DNA of 61,983 bases, filler included, from Hausera hauseri (taxonomy: Eukaryota), in assembly GCA_046269625.1 (NCBI GenBank). It is 13 parts of 13 records of this genome, joined end to end, with 100 filler letters (N's around TTAATTAATTAA, not from the genome) between each part and the next. Parts side by side here need not be neighbours in the genome. Positions count along the whole stretch, not along the records: positions 23,067 to 27,205 come from JBJURY010738766.1; positions 27,306 to 31,412 come from JBJURY010758097.1; positions 31,513 to 36,243 come from JBJURY010458023.1; 10 more parts are not named here. The stretch is one strand, 5' to 3'. Positions 23,067-34,935 of this stretch are shown piece by piece. Below the pieces are notes generated by a model. It saw only the letters and a list, made by a program, of their open reading frames with translations, searched no databases and was not told the DNA's origin. The translations under genes and the position numbers were made by a program. Within the stretch, counting starts at the first letter, position 1. Each line of letters begins with the position of its first letter.

Positions 23067-25538
23067 CAACATTGGCCTTCAAGGCTCTTGTAGCTACTTC
23101 TATATTTCTCTCTATTTCTTCTTGATTCGGGTTTGCACCATTCATTACCATTATTTTATATATGAGATAGGATATTGCTGTCAGAATTTTATTTCGGGAT
23201 ATACCAGTCCCCATCATTCTTGATAAGATATCTCTCTCCTGAATTTCATTTATCCTCTCATCTTTATGTATGTCTGAAAATTGTTCACTAATCTTTGCAA
23301 TCTCATTCCTAATAATTTGCATTAATGAATCCTGTATTTGTAGATTGGTATTAAACTCAACAAATGCATTATGTTGCCAATGATACATTATCTACGTCAT
23401 ATTTATCTTCTGTTGTTAGCAATCTTTTAACAACTTTGTCATTTCTGACTTTCCTACCTTTCAACTGATAAAGTTTCATCGTTCCTTTTGGTCTGCCATG
23501 ATTTCTTTTATCTGTTTGTATTTGTTCTGATATGGGAATGTTCGCTGCCCTTTCTATTTGTTGGGCCTCATGTTGATGCTCAGTTTCCTGTGTTCCCTTT
23601 CGCCTAACATCAGTAATAATTTCGTCAATTATTTCTTCGTCCGACTGCTTGTAAGTGATACACACAGGATTGTATCGGTTTTCCCAGATACCTACTACAT
23701 ACAATGTTTCATTATCCATGAGAGTACGTCCATAAAAACGTAACTCTATTTCTCCTCGAGGCTGAACAATCCCATTGATATTATTTTTCAATGTCATTAT
23801 TGTATCCAATGACTTCATTCTTAGAACATGGAAATCTTGGTTATACTGTTGTAACGTAACCATTACTTCAGGGTTTTCTCCAACTGTCCTCACTCTATCC
23901 GCATAGCGATAAATTATGTATCGTACAATATTCTGATATGGGCTTGTACTCGCAGCATACATTAACAGCAAATCCAGTAAATTAGCAAATTGTTGATGGC
24001 TGATTTTTGGGGATAGTAGCATAGACAGATCTTCTCTAAACCCAGTATTATCAATTAGTTCTTGGTTGGCATAGCTGGATATTTTCCGAACTATTTCTAC
24101 GCCATCCTAGTCTAAATCCACAGATGAAGACTCATAACTTGGGGATTTTTAATTTATTTTTTTTTCCTTATTCTTTTTATCTTTTCCTTGGGTTTACTTT
24201 CTTCACTTGATTCACTTTTTTCACTTTCACTTCCCGAACGCAGGTTAATTTCTGGGGTCTTCAGTTCTTCTTTTTGTATCAAAGGTTTATTCTTTTTCTT
24301 GACCCTTTTCTTTTCAACATCCCATTCTGATGCGCGAGTCTTTTTAGGTCTACCAATAGGAACAATGAGTGAGCTTTCATCCTTATTTTCTGTCTTCTCT
24401 CTCAGGTTTGTTGCTCCTTTAATTCAAAGTACAGCTGTTTTAGTTCGGCTAGCTTATCTTCATCCTCTATCGTATTAGTTTTACTTTCGTTTAATTTGGA
24501 TCTGATGTTTTGTTGTAAATTTTCAATCGTTTCTTCGGGCTTTATATCTGTAGTTTCATGTTCATTATCCGTGTTAGATATATTACCTACTATATCAGCG
24601 TTCTTTTCTTTTGACTTGACTGTCCTTGGTTAGGGCAGGTACAAGCCATATGCCCATATTTTTGACATGCAAAGCATAGTGGTTGCCCATTTTGATTAAC
24701 CGTTGGTTTCCTCATCGCGGATTTTTGAGGTTTGTCTTGTTGCCATGTAACCTTCTTCTGCTGTTGTCTTGTTTGATTCTGAATTTTATAGAACGGTTTT
24801 TGAAATTTTTTCTTTAACTGAGGGTTTTTCATCTTTTTAGCATCAGTTTTGGGAGGCTTTTTGGTATTTTCTAATCTTTCATAATTCAATTCTATCTTCC
24901 TGGCCTTACTGACAGCTTCTTTATATGTGTCAGGATCAGCAACTATAATATAATTTTGTATTTCCTTAGTAACCCCATATCAAAACTGAGCCGGAGGGCG
25001 TCTTCTTTATGTCATCATCTGCATAGGCTCTCTGAGCTAATTTCTGAAGGGCACATGCATATTTTTGCACGCTTTCACCTTTTCTATGACGTCGCCTGTT
25101 AAACTCTCCAATTCGACCTTTTCCTGATGGGTCTACTAAGAGTCTTTCTTCCAGGACGTCCTTGAGGCTAGCCTAATCAGCTTTTTCATCATCCGTAAGC
25201 TGAACGTTAGCACTAAGTGCTATTCCTTTAAGATGCGAGGGAAGACGTTGTATATTGAGCTCATCTGACCATGCGAAGCTTTGTGAGTACATTTGGTATT
25301 GCATTAAAAACTTACTATAATCTTCGTCCGGTTTTCCTTCAAACTTATCCATCGGAAGGACCATCGTACCAGTTGCATTTGAGGCAGTTCCTATTCCAGA
25401 GCTAAACATTCGGTTCCTTCCTATTTGAGTGTTTCGTTCAACCAAGGGAGTTTCGTCTGATTCAGAGCTACTCCGTGCTGAATCAGTGAGTGAAGTTGCG
25501 ATATTAGCGTTAACTCTGCTTCGAGTGTTATACGCCAG
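23067..25538 (-). pseudogene. gag: Gag + AT-hook + ubiquitin-like extension, copy B
   Basis: ORFs 25173-25445, 24590-24889, 23369-24022 and 23067-23388 are near-colinear with copy A. Confidence 0.85.
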
Positions 25539-25544
25539 TGTGCC

Positions 25545-25562
25545 TCCTCACTCGGGGCACCA
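25545..25562 (-). promoter_or_regulatory. PBS, elongator tRNA-Met
   Basis: TGGTGCCCCGAGTGAGGA, identical to 21387-21404. Confidence 0.85.
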
Positions 25563-25563
25563 G

Positions 25564-26277
25564 TGATAAGTTTATATGCTAAGGTTTATTGGTCTTACGA
25601 CCTTAAACTTATACTCTAAAAGCTTGAGTCCTTTCCTTGCCTCAAGCTTGACTTATTTTATTATGGTAATCAGCGGCCTGTGGGTCCGCCGAAGTCTAGT
25701 TACCTTGATTATTCTATCTTAGTGTGCGAGTTTCGTCAGGAGGTACACTGACGTAGTTTACCTTTATTTATCGAATTTTGCACAACCGACCTTTTTAACG
25801 GAAGGTATACCAAAAGGGGTCCTGATTTTGAATTAATTATGCCTATTGCAATACAATACTCTTATTAATCGATTCTTAAAGAAAAGCAATGAGACAAAAT
25901 ATTTAATAAAAATTATGCTAGTAACCAAAAATACGTAATAATGATCAAAATACGTAATAAAATGAATATAATCAAAAATACTCACAGTTATCACAAATAT
26001 AATTCATGTCGCATCAAATGTCAAAATTGTGTGTGTTATAGTACAGATTATGCCAGTATTTAGAGTCACTGGTTGTTGAATAAAATTTACATAATAAATA
26101 AAAATTCATTTTCATAAATTAAAAGAAAATACAAGTCAATTTAAAAGTATGTAAAAAAACGAAAATCAATTTGTCTGTCAACAAAAATCAATTTAATTTT
26201 CCCAAATGTTTATTTTGTGCTCGCATTGTTAGCTTGTTTATTTTGTGCTCGCCTTGTTTACTTGCATTGTTTGTACA
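25564..26277 (-). repeat. LTR of copy B (714 bp, TG...CA)
   Basis: TGTACA after the PPT AAGGAGGGAGA (26278-26288). Ends TTATCA before the PBS. Nearly the same length as LTR A. Confidence 0.85.
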
Positions 26278-26289
26278 TCTCCCTCCTTA

Positions 26290-27205
26290 GATCATGCTGT
26301 CCGCAGAATCAGAGGATAGGCTTCTATAATTCCATTAGAATCTTGATTTAGTACTAAATATTCGCCCTTTTTTATCTCTTTTTTTAAGGTAATTGTTTCT
26401 ATTTTAGTGGTTTTCTTTTTCTTTTATGAAACTTTCGTTAGATCAACGAGGATTGATTCGGAAGAGCTGGCTATCGTAAGTGTATTCAGATCAATGTGAC
26501 AATTCTTTGTAAAAGTTGGTACTTGGTCATCAGTAGATTGGATCAATATTAATTGACTTGATGTAGATTGGGTAGATTTTGGATGGGAAAAGATTGGTTG
26601 AACGTCTGGAAAATCTTGTACATCCATTGGAACTTCGAACAATTCATCTTGGTATTCCGAAATTGTATTGTAAATTTTTAATATGGTTGAAGCTTTGTCC
26701 CGTGTTCTTTGGGGGTACGTATTGCCATTATATTTAGTAAAAATTTGTTTGGCTGTGAATTCCCGTTGGGGGTTAATATCTTTACGATATAACAGTTCTC
26801 TGATTCCTAATAAATTATTATAATCGTATCTGAAGATGTAATAATTAACTTTCCAACGATTTCTTTCCTTAGGTACGGTTCTTTATGATAGGAATCTTTT
26901 TGTCCAATCATGTCATCTCATTTTAATCCAGTAATATGACTATTATAGTTGTCTATTTTTTCTCTTGGGCACAAAATTTCATCTACAATGATTCCACCAC
27001 CCAGATCCATTAAAGTTATTTCCACCGTGGTCATTTCTTTATTTCTAATTGGGGTGAACAAATATATCAGATTTACGGCCATTACTATTATTTCTTCTTT
27101 TGATCTTATTGACCTTCTAGTAAATGATAATCCTTTTTCTACGTCGATTTCTTTTTGCCTTGGGGTAATGTACTTAGGGATTTGATAATCCAAACGTGGT
27201 ATTTG
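26290..27205 (-). pseudogene. 3' ORF with inactive DEDDh exonuclease-like domain, copy B
   Basis: VMAVNLIYLFTPIRNKEMTTVEITLMDLGGGIIVDEILCPREKIDNYNSHITGLK...IRELLY...PQRTRDKASTILKI. Confidence 0.7.
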
Positions 27206-27446
27206 NNNNNNNNNNNNNNNNNNNNNNNNNNNNNNNNNNNNNNNNNNNNTTAATTAATTAANNNNNNNNNNNNNNNNNNNNNNNNNNNNNNNNNNNNNNN
27301 NNNNNTCTGTCAATGATTTATCGGAATTGCACGGTGAGTCCTGTTTTTGTTTATAGAACTCCACACAGTTTTTTTATGTTCTTAAAATATGTATATATAT
27401 AAATAAATTACTAAATTATCAATTAGAAGTTAGTGGAATTTTTAAT

Positions 27447-30400
27447 ATGCTAACGATCGGCACCAGTCTAGTATTTTTATTCATTGGGACATATTCTCAA
27501 AATCAAATTTATGACTATAAGTACTGCATTATTGGAGCTGGACCAAGCGGACTACAAATGGCTAGTTTTCTTCAAGAAAAGCAGCGTAACTATGTCGTGT
27601 TTGAACGAAATTCTATTCCTGGAAGTTTCTTTGATAAATGTCCTCGACATGATACATTAATAAGTATCAACAAAATTTACACAGAATCCAAGAACTCCGA
27701 GTTTAACTTGCGACATGATTGGAATAGTTTGATAACTGAGAAAAAAAATTCAAAATTTCGCTTTTATTCCGATAATTATTTTCCGGACAGAAAGGAGTAT
27801 TTAAATTATCTCTCGGATTTCTATAAATACGAAAATCTTAACGTGCCTTTCAAAACATCAATAGAAGTTATTCAGAGGAACCATTCAGAAGATTTGAGAT
27901 GCGCCAATAGCCCACTAAATGTTGCAGTTGGATTTCAAATGAGTTTCACAGCGACAGTTGATTCTGGAACGACTGCGTGGTTAATTTTGAATCCTGATCC
28001 GACGAACCCTACGAAAAACATGACTATTGGAACGGTACCAGCTGTCAATTCTGCTTACGTTGTTAATCAAACTTATTCTACTGTGGGGGTTTATACACCA
28101 GTGATATCCATTTGTAACGTACTTGGTTGTCTGAACTGCTCAATCAACATGCAAGTTCAATATTTAGTTATTAATTCAGATTTTCAAATACAGACAAATG
28201 GATATTATGATTCAGCATTTGCCAATTGTTCATCAACTATCAAGTTTAGTGGAACTAATTTTCCCACTGGCTTGACTGCTACGTTTAACTACTCAGACGG
28301 TTCAACGCCAAGCAGCGTAACTATAACTGCAGCTCAAATACCTTTTACGTTCGTTCGCCATCTTATAACTTACGGATTCGGCACCGTAAATATTGTACTA
28401 TCAAATTTGGTCAGCTCACAGAATTATTTGGCACAGGTTGGGGCTTTCCAAAAATTCAGTAGTTTTTCAATTATGGTTACATGGGGTGTACAAAGACTTC
28501 CTGGATTCGGAAGTGGAAATAATCAATATCCAGCAAAGCAGGCTCTTTATTTTCGACCATCAGCACCATCTGTTGGTACTGTTGTCGGTTACATCTTTAT
28601 GTATACCCCAACGACGAATTTAAGTGCGATATACACGTGCAACGTTACACTTACCAATGGGGAGTTTCCGTTCGTTTTTACTGAGATCGGATCATATAAC
28701 GTTAGTTTATTGGCTTACAATCCAATCGACCAAAGAATATCATACATGGTTGTTAACATTGGAGGAAGTATTCGGGACATGATGATTTTAGCCCCCTCCA
28801 AACCGCTGTATCCAAATGTAAAGGGAACCGTAATTATATCTTGGTCAGTCATCGACACTACAGCTTGTATCTGTGTTGATATGGGTAACAAAACAAAATC
28901 GATATACGGAGCCACTCAAGGATGCACAAATTGTCCCTCGTACAATTATACTGGGCAGGTTCCAGTAAACAGTCAACTTGTGCTCAATGTCCAGTATATC
29001 GCAATTGTCAGTTATACCATTAAAGTATTGGCGTATAATAGCATAGAAAGTGTCATGGAGAACCGCACAGTTACTGCGTCCTATAGTAATTGCAATCTGC
29101 CAGTCATAACTACAAACAATAACAGTGTACAAACTGCATTTATTTCATATCGTGGAAGTCAAACAATTATAAGTGCGCAAATTGTTGATTTACCATGTAG
29201 TGTAACATTAAACAATACAAAATTATGGACTGCAGAAGTTCTTGAAACCACATATTATCATCCTGTCGGATCAGTTGATCTGTCTAGTATTGACACGCGC
29301 AACAACACTCAGATCATTATACCCCCATTATTTCTGAATTACGGATTTTATCGATTTCGATTCACCGTTACCATGGATACAAATTCCACTGGTGGATATA
29401 TTTTTAACAATTATAACTACACCTATATACAAATAATTGCAAGTCCTCTAGTTGTCACTTTCACATTTGGTGGTATCACAATTATGTTTGCTGGATTAAA
29501 TCAGACCATATCGTTGGATCCGACAAAGTATTCACACGATCCGGATGTGGCAGTTCAGAATTTTTCCAACTGGACTTGGTCGTGGGGTTGCAGAAATATT
29601 AATGAAACCGAAAATTTAGTAAATTTTGTGTATCAAAAACCACAGGGTTACAATTTCCCTGCCATCAGAACAGGATGTTTTGGAGACGGACCAGGACGTG
29701 TAAATTTCAGTATTCCCGCGACATTTTTCGGAACAAACATGATTGATGGGAATGAGTATGTCGTGTCTGTTAATGCAACGACAGTGGATGGCCGTAAAGG
29801 CACAGCGAAAATAAATCTTAAAATGGTTCCGGGAATACCTCCAAATATTATTATTCAATGCATGAGACCGAAGACATGTGCGATTAACCGATTTGGTCCT
29901 TACATGTATCAAGAAGTAGCGTTTAACCCATCTGACGATTTACTGGTCAATGCGTCATGCAGTATGCCTGATGGAACTGCCTGTGTTAATGGGATGTGGA
30001 AGTTGACATTATTTAATGAAACAACGAATACGTATTCGACACTAACACAAAGCCAGACGAGTTCTTATGTTCGAGGTTACACTTCTCTGCAAATGTCTTT
30101 ATTGACAAATTTCTTTTCCGACTACTACACTTATAATCGATTTCGTATTTGTTACGTCGTCACACTACCGTCGACATATGGTGTTTCGTGTATCCAATTT
30201 TACGTTGTTCCGCTACCGAGTAATGTAAGTTGCACAGTTGATAAAACGGTGGTAAGTTCAAATGATCAAGTCTGTCTCCACTGTGCAGCTCCAGCATCAT
30301 ATACATACAGAATTTACGGCAGTTCGCAGAACCAAATGACACCAATTGGGTCTAACAACAGTGGCATATTTTGTAGCATCATCCCGTATCAGATTACTCC

Positions 30401-31412
30401 TCAGGCTTACTACGTTCAGATTACGAATGCCAATGGAGGCTACATTACAATCAATGTGGCCAATATTACTGTTACTCCGATGAATGATTCACAAATAAAT
30501 TTAGTACTTGGTGGATTAATGAATGGTCCAGATCAGAATCTAACACTAACAAGTTTTAAAGGAGATTATAAAACAATGTCACAAATATATTTAAAGTATA
30601 CGTCGGTAGTTACTGCCTCAATCACTAGTTTAATGGCCGCTTCGTTAAATAATTCCAAACAGACATATGGAGGATCTGGATACAATTTTGTCCCTACAAC
30701 GACGAGTCCCATTGTAACTATTGACGAGTTACCAACAAGTAAAAGAAACCAACGAGATTCACTGAGTGGGATCATAACACAAATGACGGCTAATCTAAAA
30801 GACACGGTTCCAGGGGATATCGTTGGTCTCGATTGCATGAATCGCAACAGTCAGTCTCATGTTGCATCCAAAATACTTCATTTAGCTGGAAACCTCAGAG
30901 ATATGCAAGGTTCGGCGTCCAGAGATGATGTTCAGCAGATTGCCACCAATTTGCTTTCCGCTAGTCTTCAAACAGATGCGGCGGCGAATATTCAAATAAA
31001 GACAGGAATAAAACGTGATATCCAATATTCAAAGAAAAACTTCCTGGATTATGATACTAGTTTGAATAGCAATGCACCATCATATATGTGTGTGGATAAT
31101 TATCAACAAGCCAGTAATCTTTTAACAGTTGACACGAATGCAGGTTTTCAGACTAAAGTGGCATCCGGCATTGGTAGTACAGGTGCATCGACCAGAAGTA
31201 TAGTTACAAAAGTTTTGAGAGATATTACAGTAATCGATGATAAAACGTTGAACACTGTCTATTTCGGTGTACGAGAATTAGTTGTAAGTGAATGGGAACA
31301 ACTGTTAACTAATGAAAACATCCCAAACCATGCAAAAAATTCTGATTGCAAATTGGCCCACTTATCTCATTCTGTCACAATGGATCATTTACGTCCAACT
31401 CGACGCTCATCC
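27447..31412 (+). CDS. Chimeric ORF (more than 1320 codons, 3'-partial): signal peptide + FOXRED2-like FAD-binding N-terminus fused to four PKD-like domains and a REJ module of a polycystin-1-like protein
   Basis: YCIIGAGPSGLQMASFLQ...FERNSIPGSFF..PRH..LISINK.YT...N.EFNLRHDWNSL is the FOXRED2 signature, up to about 27900. Then repeated Y...G.Y.V...A.N PKD motifs and the REJ motifs IIPPLFLNYGFYRFRFTVTM, ISLDP..YSHDPD, WSWGC. Confidence 0.8.
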
Positions 31413-31512
31413 NNNNNNNNNNNNNNNNNNNNNNNNNNNNNNNNNNNNNNNNNNNNTTAATTAATTAANNNNNNNNNNNNNNNNNNNNNNNNNNNNNNNN
31501 NNNNNNNNNNNN

Positions 31513-32644
31513 TTTTTGTGATGAGACGTTCAGGTTGTCCTTTGAAGATCCATTTTTGCTTAAACCTAAATAACGTATTAATAGAGAATCCATCAAATAT
31601 TCGTTAATGGTAAGTTCAAAAAGGCTATCTTTCTCATTTTCTGATTTGGTAGACAGTTCTACATTAAAATTCAATTCCTGTTTGTTGTCAACTCCGAAGT
31701 TACAAGTCTCAAATGTCCTATTTAACACTAACTCGAATTTATACATCATTTTCGAAGGTCTTTCAACGTATGTTTCAACTCATAATTACTCCAAACGTGG
31801 ATTTTAAGACCTTTGTTAATCTCTCTATATAACTCCGTTATTAATGGTAACTTGAGTTTTTCATATTTTGTTGGAATGTGAGATATTACTTGTTTATTTT
31901 CGTGGCAAGAGATCAATTTTTTCAAGCCTTCTTTCAAATAGTACATATTACTACATGTTTATCTTATTAAGATCGTTAACACTCACGTCAGTCTATTCAA
32001 ACAACTCATTTCTTGAAAAAAAAACTCAAATTTTCCGAATATAAATTATATATAGTCTCTGTATGACTTGTTTTTTGTTAGAACAAATTTTGAAGTTCCC
32101 AATACAGCTAGTCCACTAAAAATGAATTTTATGCAAACACAGTCTACTGTAAGCTCACAATGAACAATCGCTACAGTTCCGTTATCACAAATATTTACAA
32201 TGTCTCCACCATAAGGAATGGTAAAACATCTGGTAATGACATAACAAACCTGTTCAGATTATCTTTTAAATATAAATACAGTTCCTTTGCCCAAGCGATT
32301 CCCCCGCAAAGTATTATGTCATAATCTAATGGAAGCTTCTTTTCATGTAACATCTTTTTCCCTAGTAAAACTAACTTAAGTTTGTACCTTTTATTTATAT
32401 ATTCATTTTTCGGATGATACCTTCCAACAGATAGTTGGTTACTTGTCTTGTATTTAATTTCTCCAACTATCTGTTGCGATGTTATTATAGGTCTGGCGTG
32501 ATATAGGTATAATGAAATATTATATGAGATGTCAATTTTAATGTTTTGTGCAATTACCTTTGAAGACAAATTCTCAAGGAAGAGCAGGTTTATTTTCATG
32601 TTTATTTTTAAATGGCTTAAAACGATAATGTAAACGCGAGACAA
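31513..32644 (-). pseudogene. Unidentified coding-like fragments
   Basis: Consecutive frameshifted ORFs (31513-31749, 31746-31946, 32195-32644) with protein-like composition. No family recognised. Confidence 0.3.
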
Positions 32645-32828
32645 TTTCCCACAATAAATTTTATTACATTAATCACCAAAAGGAAGTTTGAGGCGGGGAG
32701 CAGAGACGAGTAACGATAATATATACATCAATGCAGAATAACTGACCTTTTTAACATTTATCAATCTGTTCCTTTTTTGACTTGATATTCCGTAGTTCTG
32801 GTCACGGACTCATCATTTTCAATATAAC

Positions 32829-32875
32829 CTGAGTCAACACTCAGAAGATCTTCAGTTCGATCCCGGGTCGATCCA
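32829..32875 (+). other. Degenerate 3'-half tRNA-like fragment (Val-AAC-like or SINE head)
   Basis: CTGAG-TCAACA-CTCAG stem-loop followed by AGATC..GTTCGATCCCGGG, a B-box-like motif. No 5' half. Confidence 0.3.
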
Positions 32876-33556
32876 CCGGTTTCCCTGGCATTGATTTGGT
32901 TTCTCATACCTCCAGAATAGCAGACTTTGACCTCGCCTTTGCACTCTTTTTTAGCGTCGTCTGAAATAAGGATTGTCGAATTTTTAAGGGGATTCGAAAC
33001 CCGTTGTAATCAATAGTTGTGGTTCTAAAGAGAACCGTTAACATTCTCAAAAGCACCGCTCGAATCACATTAATCATCTGACAGCATAAAATTGTCATAA
33101 CTCAACTGATCGTTCTTCACTGATAGATCGTTGTTTTTGTCTTTGTCGTCGTTCCCGGTCATCTTTAGTTCCATATTACTATCATTGTTATAACCGCTTT
33201 CTTTTATCGATGACTTTCGATGATGGTTCTCGATGATGATTTGAAGAAATCTATGCTGACATTTGAGCCGTACTTTCTGGATATCGTTAAGATTTTGATT
33301 TATCAAGCACATAAAAACAGCTCTCTCAATTTTGACGTTCTTTGTTAATTGGACATCTTTCAATTTTTGAACTTTGCAATTTTTTCTGATCTCTTCCACA
33401 ATCCTTTGCCGAGCCAAACAAATTAAATTCACAACATTTTTCGTCAAGTTTTTCATATCCCATCTTTGATCGAAGACATTGAAACAGTTCATTACTAGGT
33501 CTGTTAGCACAAAAGTCCTCTATCATACTTCTACAGACCCTTTTCAATTTACCTTC

Positions 33557-34935
33557 TCAATTCGCATCGAGTAATTCTAGTTGTTCACGATTGAAAATAC
33601 GCAGATGGCAGTCGTCCGATAATTTGTCTGTGCAATCTGAATACGATCTGAGGAAATCGGGTACTTCTTGGTTAACTTGATCTAATCTACCGATTGAACC
33701 AGAAGCAAGACTGATGTCCTTCGTATCATCAAAGAAGCGGACAGCCCGTCCAACATTTCTACATCTACCAGTTCGACTGATTCTATGAACGTATGTATCA
33801 ACCTCTTGGGGCATGTCAACGTTGATAACGACATCAACTTTAGAAATATCAGCAACGTTCGTTGCAATCATATATGTAACTCTGTCACTTTTAAAGTCAT
33901 TCAATGCTGATTCTCTCTGCTGTTGATCACAGTCACCGTGGATTGTTGTTACCATGCAACCCAGGTAACCCAATTTTATATCTAAAAAGTCAGCCATTCT
34001 TTTATTTCAACAAACACCAACGTTTTCTGATCGGGAATCGTTTTAACATACTCTAATGCTACATTCAACTTCTCTTTCGGCTCCACACAGATCACTTGTT
34101 TAACATCACTGTTAGCAGACCCGACAACACCAACGGCCACAATTAAATAGTTTTTCAACAAATTCCTTGCTACATCTTGAATTGCTGTGGGAAAAATAGC
34201 ACTGAACCTAGATATTTGAATAGTTCTATCATCACCAGCAAAATTGATTTCTCCATAAACTTTTTTCACGCTTTCATAAAACCCTTCAGAATCTAGCATG
34301 CGATCGGCTCCATCCAATACAAAATATTTCAGATGCCTCAACGAGATCCACACAAGTTGCAAGAAGTGAATCAATCATCCGGGGGTGGCAACAAGTATGT
34401 CATAACCATCGGTTTGTAAATTTCTAGATTTATTCATTTTAACACCACCATAAATATATGCATATTTCAAATTTGAACCACGAGTTAATTTTCTGGAAAC
34501 TGCATACATTTGGCGACAAGGTTCTCTCGTTGGAGCCATAATCAATGTTTTTGGGAAGGTAACATTTGATTGAGGATTTTCAATCTCACTCTGATATTTA
34601 TTCAAAGTAACAATGATTGGCATCAAAAACGCGAATGTTTTCCTAGGACCCGTTTGAACACGGCCCATCAAATCCCGGTGTGAAGTTATAATTGGAATGG
34701 CATATTTCTGCACCGGTGCAAATTTGGTATATTTCAACTCTTCAATGTTTTTCTGTAAGAATTCTGGCAAGTCTAAGTCTGAGAATTTGTTTATTGCTGG
34801 TGGAACATTTTCTCCGGTAACCTCAGCGGTAATCTTTTCATAATTGTGGAAATTAATACCTGAATTAACGTGTAAATAATAATCTCCTTCGCCACCATTT
34901 GAAACGTACATTGCTTTCTTTGGTACTGCCAAATC
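33557..34935 (-). pseudogene. vasa: Intronless vasa/DDX4-like DEAD-box helicase pseudogene
   Basis: SGINFHNYEKI.AEVTGENVPPAI.KF, PVQKYAIP, RDLMG..QTG..KT.AFLMP, APTRE, YGG, DILVATPG*L, VLDGADRMLD, FSAIFP..IQ, VAVGVVGSANSDVKQ, TIHGDCDQQQRE, YVHRISRTGRC.NVGRA. Catalytic motifs are mutated, there is a stop at 34375 and a frameshift near 33990. Confidence 0.88.

Larger units (their letters stand above)
23067..27205 (-). mobile_element. Enveloped Gypsy-like element, copy B (diverged paralogue of copy A)
   Basis: Same order: exonuclease-like ORF, PPT, LTR, identical PBS, gag with intact CFACQKYGHMACTC (24635-24676), IGRPKK AT-hook, Ubl (23648-23866). Confidence 0.88.

Noticed and set aside
33557-34935. 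Functional vasa gene
   Set aside because: Walker A, DEAD, SAT and HRIGR motifs are mutated, ARGLD is partly deleted, and there is an in-frame stop and a frameshift.
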